Source of the DNA: Squalus acanthias | Lineage: Eukaryota | Length of the DNA: 64,000 nt | Direction: 5' to 3' | Assembly (NCBI GenBank): GCA_030390025.1 | Contig: CM059432.1 | Span: 130,760,001 to 130,824,000, forward strand | In this document: positions 62,356 to 64,000 of the stretch, one piece after another | Layout of the letters: every line of letters begins with the position of its first letter | How positions within the stretch are numbered: position 1 is the stretch's first letter | The notes under the pieces: generated by a model | What the model was told of the DNA's origin: nothing | Databases searched by the model: none | The model's input: only the letters and a program-made list of their open reading frames with translations | Program-made: the position numbers and the translations under genes

Positions 62356-63140
62356 AAATTTGACAGAAATATTACACACAAGAGGGGGAGGGGGTTCCTC
62401 CACAATCCTTCCTGAAGTCAAGCGTGTTGGCAGCAGATACGGCGGCAAAATGGGCCGGTGAGGCCTCCCATCGCTTCACCACCTCGATTGAGATTTCCAT
62501 CCCCCTGTAGCTGCCAGGACTGCCGCTGCCCGCTCCTTCCCCTCCCACTGTATGCACATGATAGTGCGGGGCAGTCCAAATCTCAGTTGATTTTCTGTCT
62601 TTCTGCCTGTATTCCCAGCGCTTCACAGAACCACTATGGGGAACGGTAGTAACGGCATTGAGATGCCCCCATGGAGCGAGAGGACCATGCTGTGGTCTTT
62701 TCTTCCTTCACGCCTTATCCCTTAAAGGGCCTGGTCTTTACGGAGGCTTCCAGTGGGTCTTGGTTTCAGATCTTTGGGCTGATTCTGCCCCTTTAAGGTC
62801 CCTCACTCAATCTTCTGCTGCGACAGCACCGTCGGAGTTTCTACCTTTGCACTGGTGAGCTCCCTCTTTACAGCGAGAATTCCCCAGAGAGCCCGTTGTA
62901 CATATGCAATAAGCCCCGATTATGTCGCCACAAGAAATTCTGGGCCATTGTTCTCACTCTGCTCACTCAGTAACAGCTCATATGGCTGTCTTTCTGTATT
63001 CAATAGCAGCTTTCAGTACACACATTGTTCTCTTTCTATTCAGAAACAATTCATTACACACATTGCTCTGAATTTACTGACTAGCAGCTCTCGTTGCTCG
63101 TGTTTTCCACGCTCTCTGTCTATTCATTAACAAATATACT

Positions 63141-63323
63141 GGCCTGGATATTCCATTAGGTTTTCCTAATCTCCCTTTGTAACGTCGGCAGGAGACCGGC
63201 AGTGCCCCTATAGCAGCAGAATAAACAGCTGAAAGTGGCCATTTCACCATTTTCGTGGGGTTCCGTCCGTCTCTCTCAATGTTACAACTGGAGATCAGGA
63301 GAACCCCCAAAGATTTCAGGGCC
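63141..63323. mobile_element. short Harbinger-type MITE
   Basis: ends ggcctggatatt / gatttcagggcc; flanks act/att. Confidence 0.55.
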
Positions 63324-63368
63324 ATTGTTCTTACTGGAGGTAGGCTGGCACAACAGAGATTAAGTTTT

Positions 63369-63523
63369 GCCTGGAATTTCCGTGGGGGTTCTCCCCATCT
63401 CCTGCCATATATCTGGCAGAAATCCAGGAAAAATAGGGCAAACGGCCATTTCTGCCGTTTCTCCAGGGTTTCCACTCAAGTTACAATGGGGGATTGGGGG
63501 GAACCCCTGCAGAAATTCCAGGT
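63369..63523. mobile_element. short Harbinger-type MITE
   Basis: inverted arms cctggaatttccgtgggggttctccc / ggggaacccctgcagaaattccagg. Confidence 0.6.
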
Positions 63524-63848
63524 TTTTGTGTCTGTAGCTTTCATCAGAAGTTGTAATTGAAATACTTCATATTTTTTAGTTTACAAGTGTAGCAACGAAT
63601 TGAAGTCACAAGTTTTATTACATCACTATGTTAGGGGGCACAATAAGTTGTCCTGCACCTGTTTTATTAATCCAATCTGAGACAGTTTTGGTGCAGAGGA
63701 GATGGGTAATTAAAACAATATTGAGTATTTTATATATCAGCGAATAATATTCAACGCTATTTGCAGCACACCACATACCAGTTTGTAAAAGTTCTCCAAC
63801 AATAAACATTGCTTTTTGTGCTTTCTCTCTTTACTAAATCACCCTTAG

Positions 63849-63883
63849 GTACCACTGGGACCCATTCATCTCACGAGCCATAA
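63849..63883 (+). CDS. alternative candidate terminal coding exon P2 of the TRP-like channel
   Basis: pyrimidine tract and cccttag acceptor; phase-1 frame GTTGTHSSHEP then TAA; possible donor gtaaat near 63913. Confidence 0.35.
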
Positions 63884-64000
63884 GATGATGCCCAGGAAAG
63901 CAGTCAGCAATGGTAAATAATGTTTAGTTAGTCATTTGCATTGTTCTGTGCTCTGTAGGCCTGTGCAGAGTTGGGTTGTTGTTGATTACCATTTCTCCAG

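Overview
Vertebrate genomic DNA. The repeat families suggest a cartilaginous fish (shark); this is an inference and the species cannot be fixed from the sequence. The backbone is a + strand, multi-exon gene for an ankyrin-repeat, 6-TM TRP-type cation channel. Its 5' exons lie upstream of the window. I traced 15 exons (211-51200) with GT-AG boundaries and matching phases, giving about 660 uninterrupted codons, plus two candidate terminal exons. The protein fits none of the canonical vertebrate TRPA1, TRPV1-6, TRPN, TRPC or TRPM sequences as I know them. It has a Gly-less 'ITL-VDDY' filter, a long S2-S3 insert with CHPRWPEE, and a Trp-less TRP helix. The introns are a nested stack of mobile DNA. 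This includes a near-intact 4.1-kb PIF/Harbinger transposon (transposase with one frameshift, plus a convergent, spliced, intact 459-aa Myb/SANT protein) inserted inside a Harbinger MITE, and many other Harbinger MITEs and deletion derivatives. Penelope-like elements carry five minimal hammerhead ribozyme motifs. CR1 and L2 LINEs, SINEs and a hAT MITE are also present. An essentially full-length CR1 has a tandemly duplicated 5' end that includes a 30-bp TATA-containing minisatellite. All calls were made by eye; no database searches were run, and repeat boundaries are approximate unless TIRs or TSDs are given.
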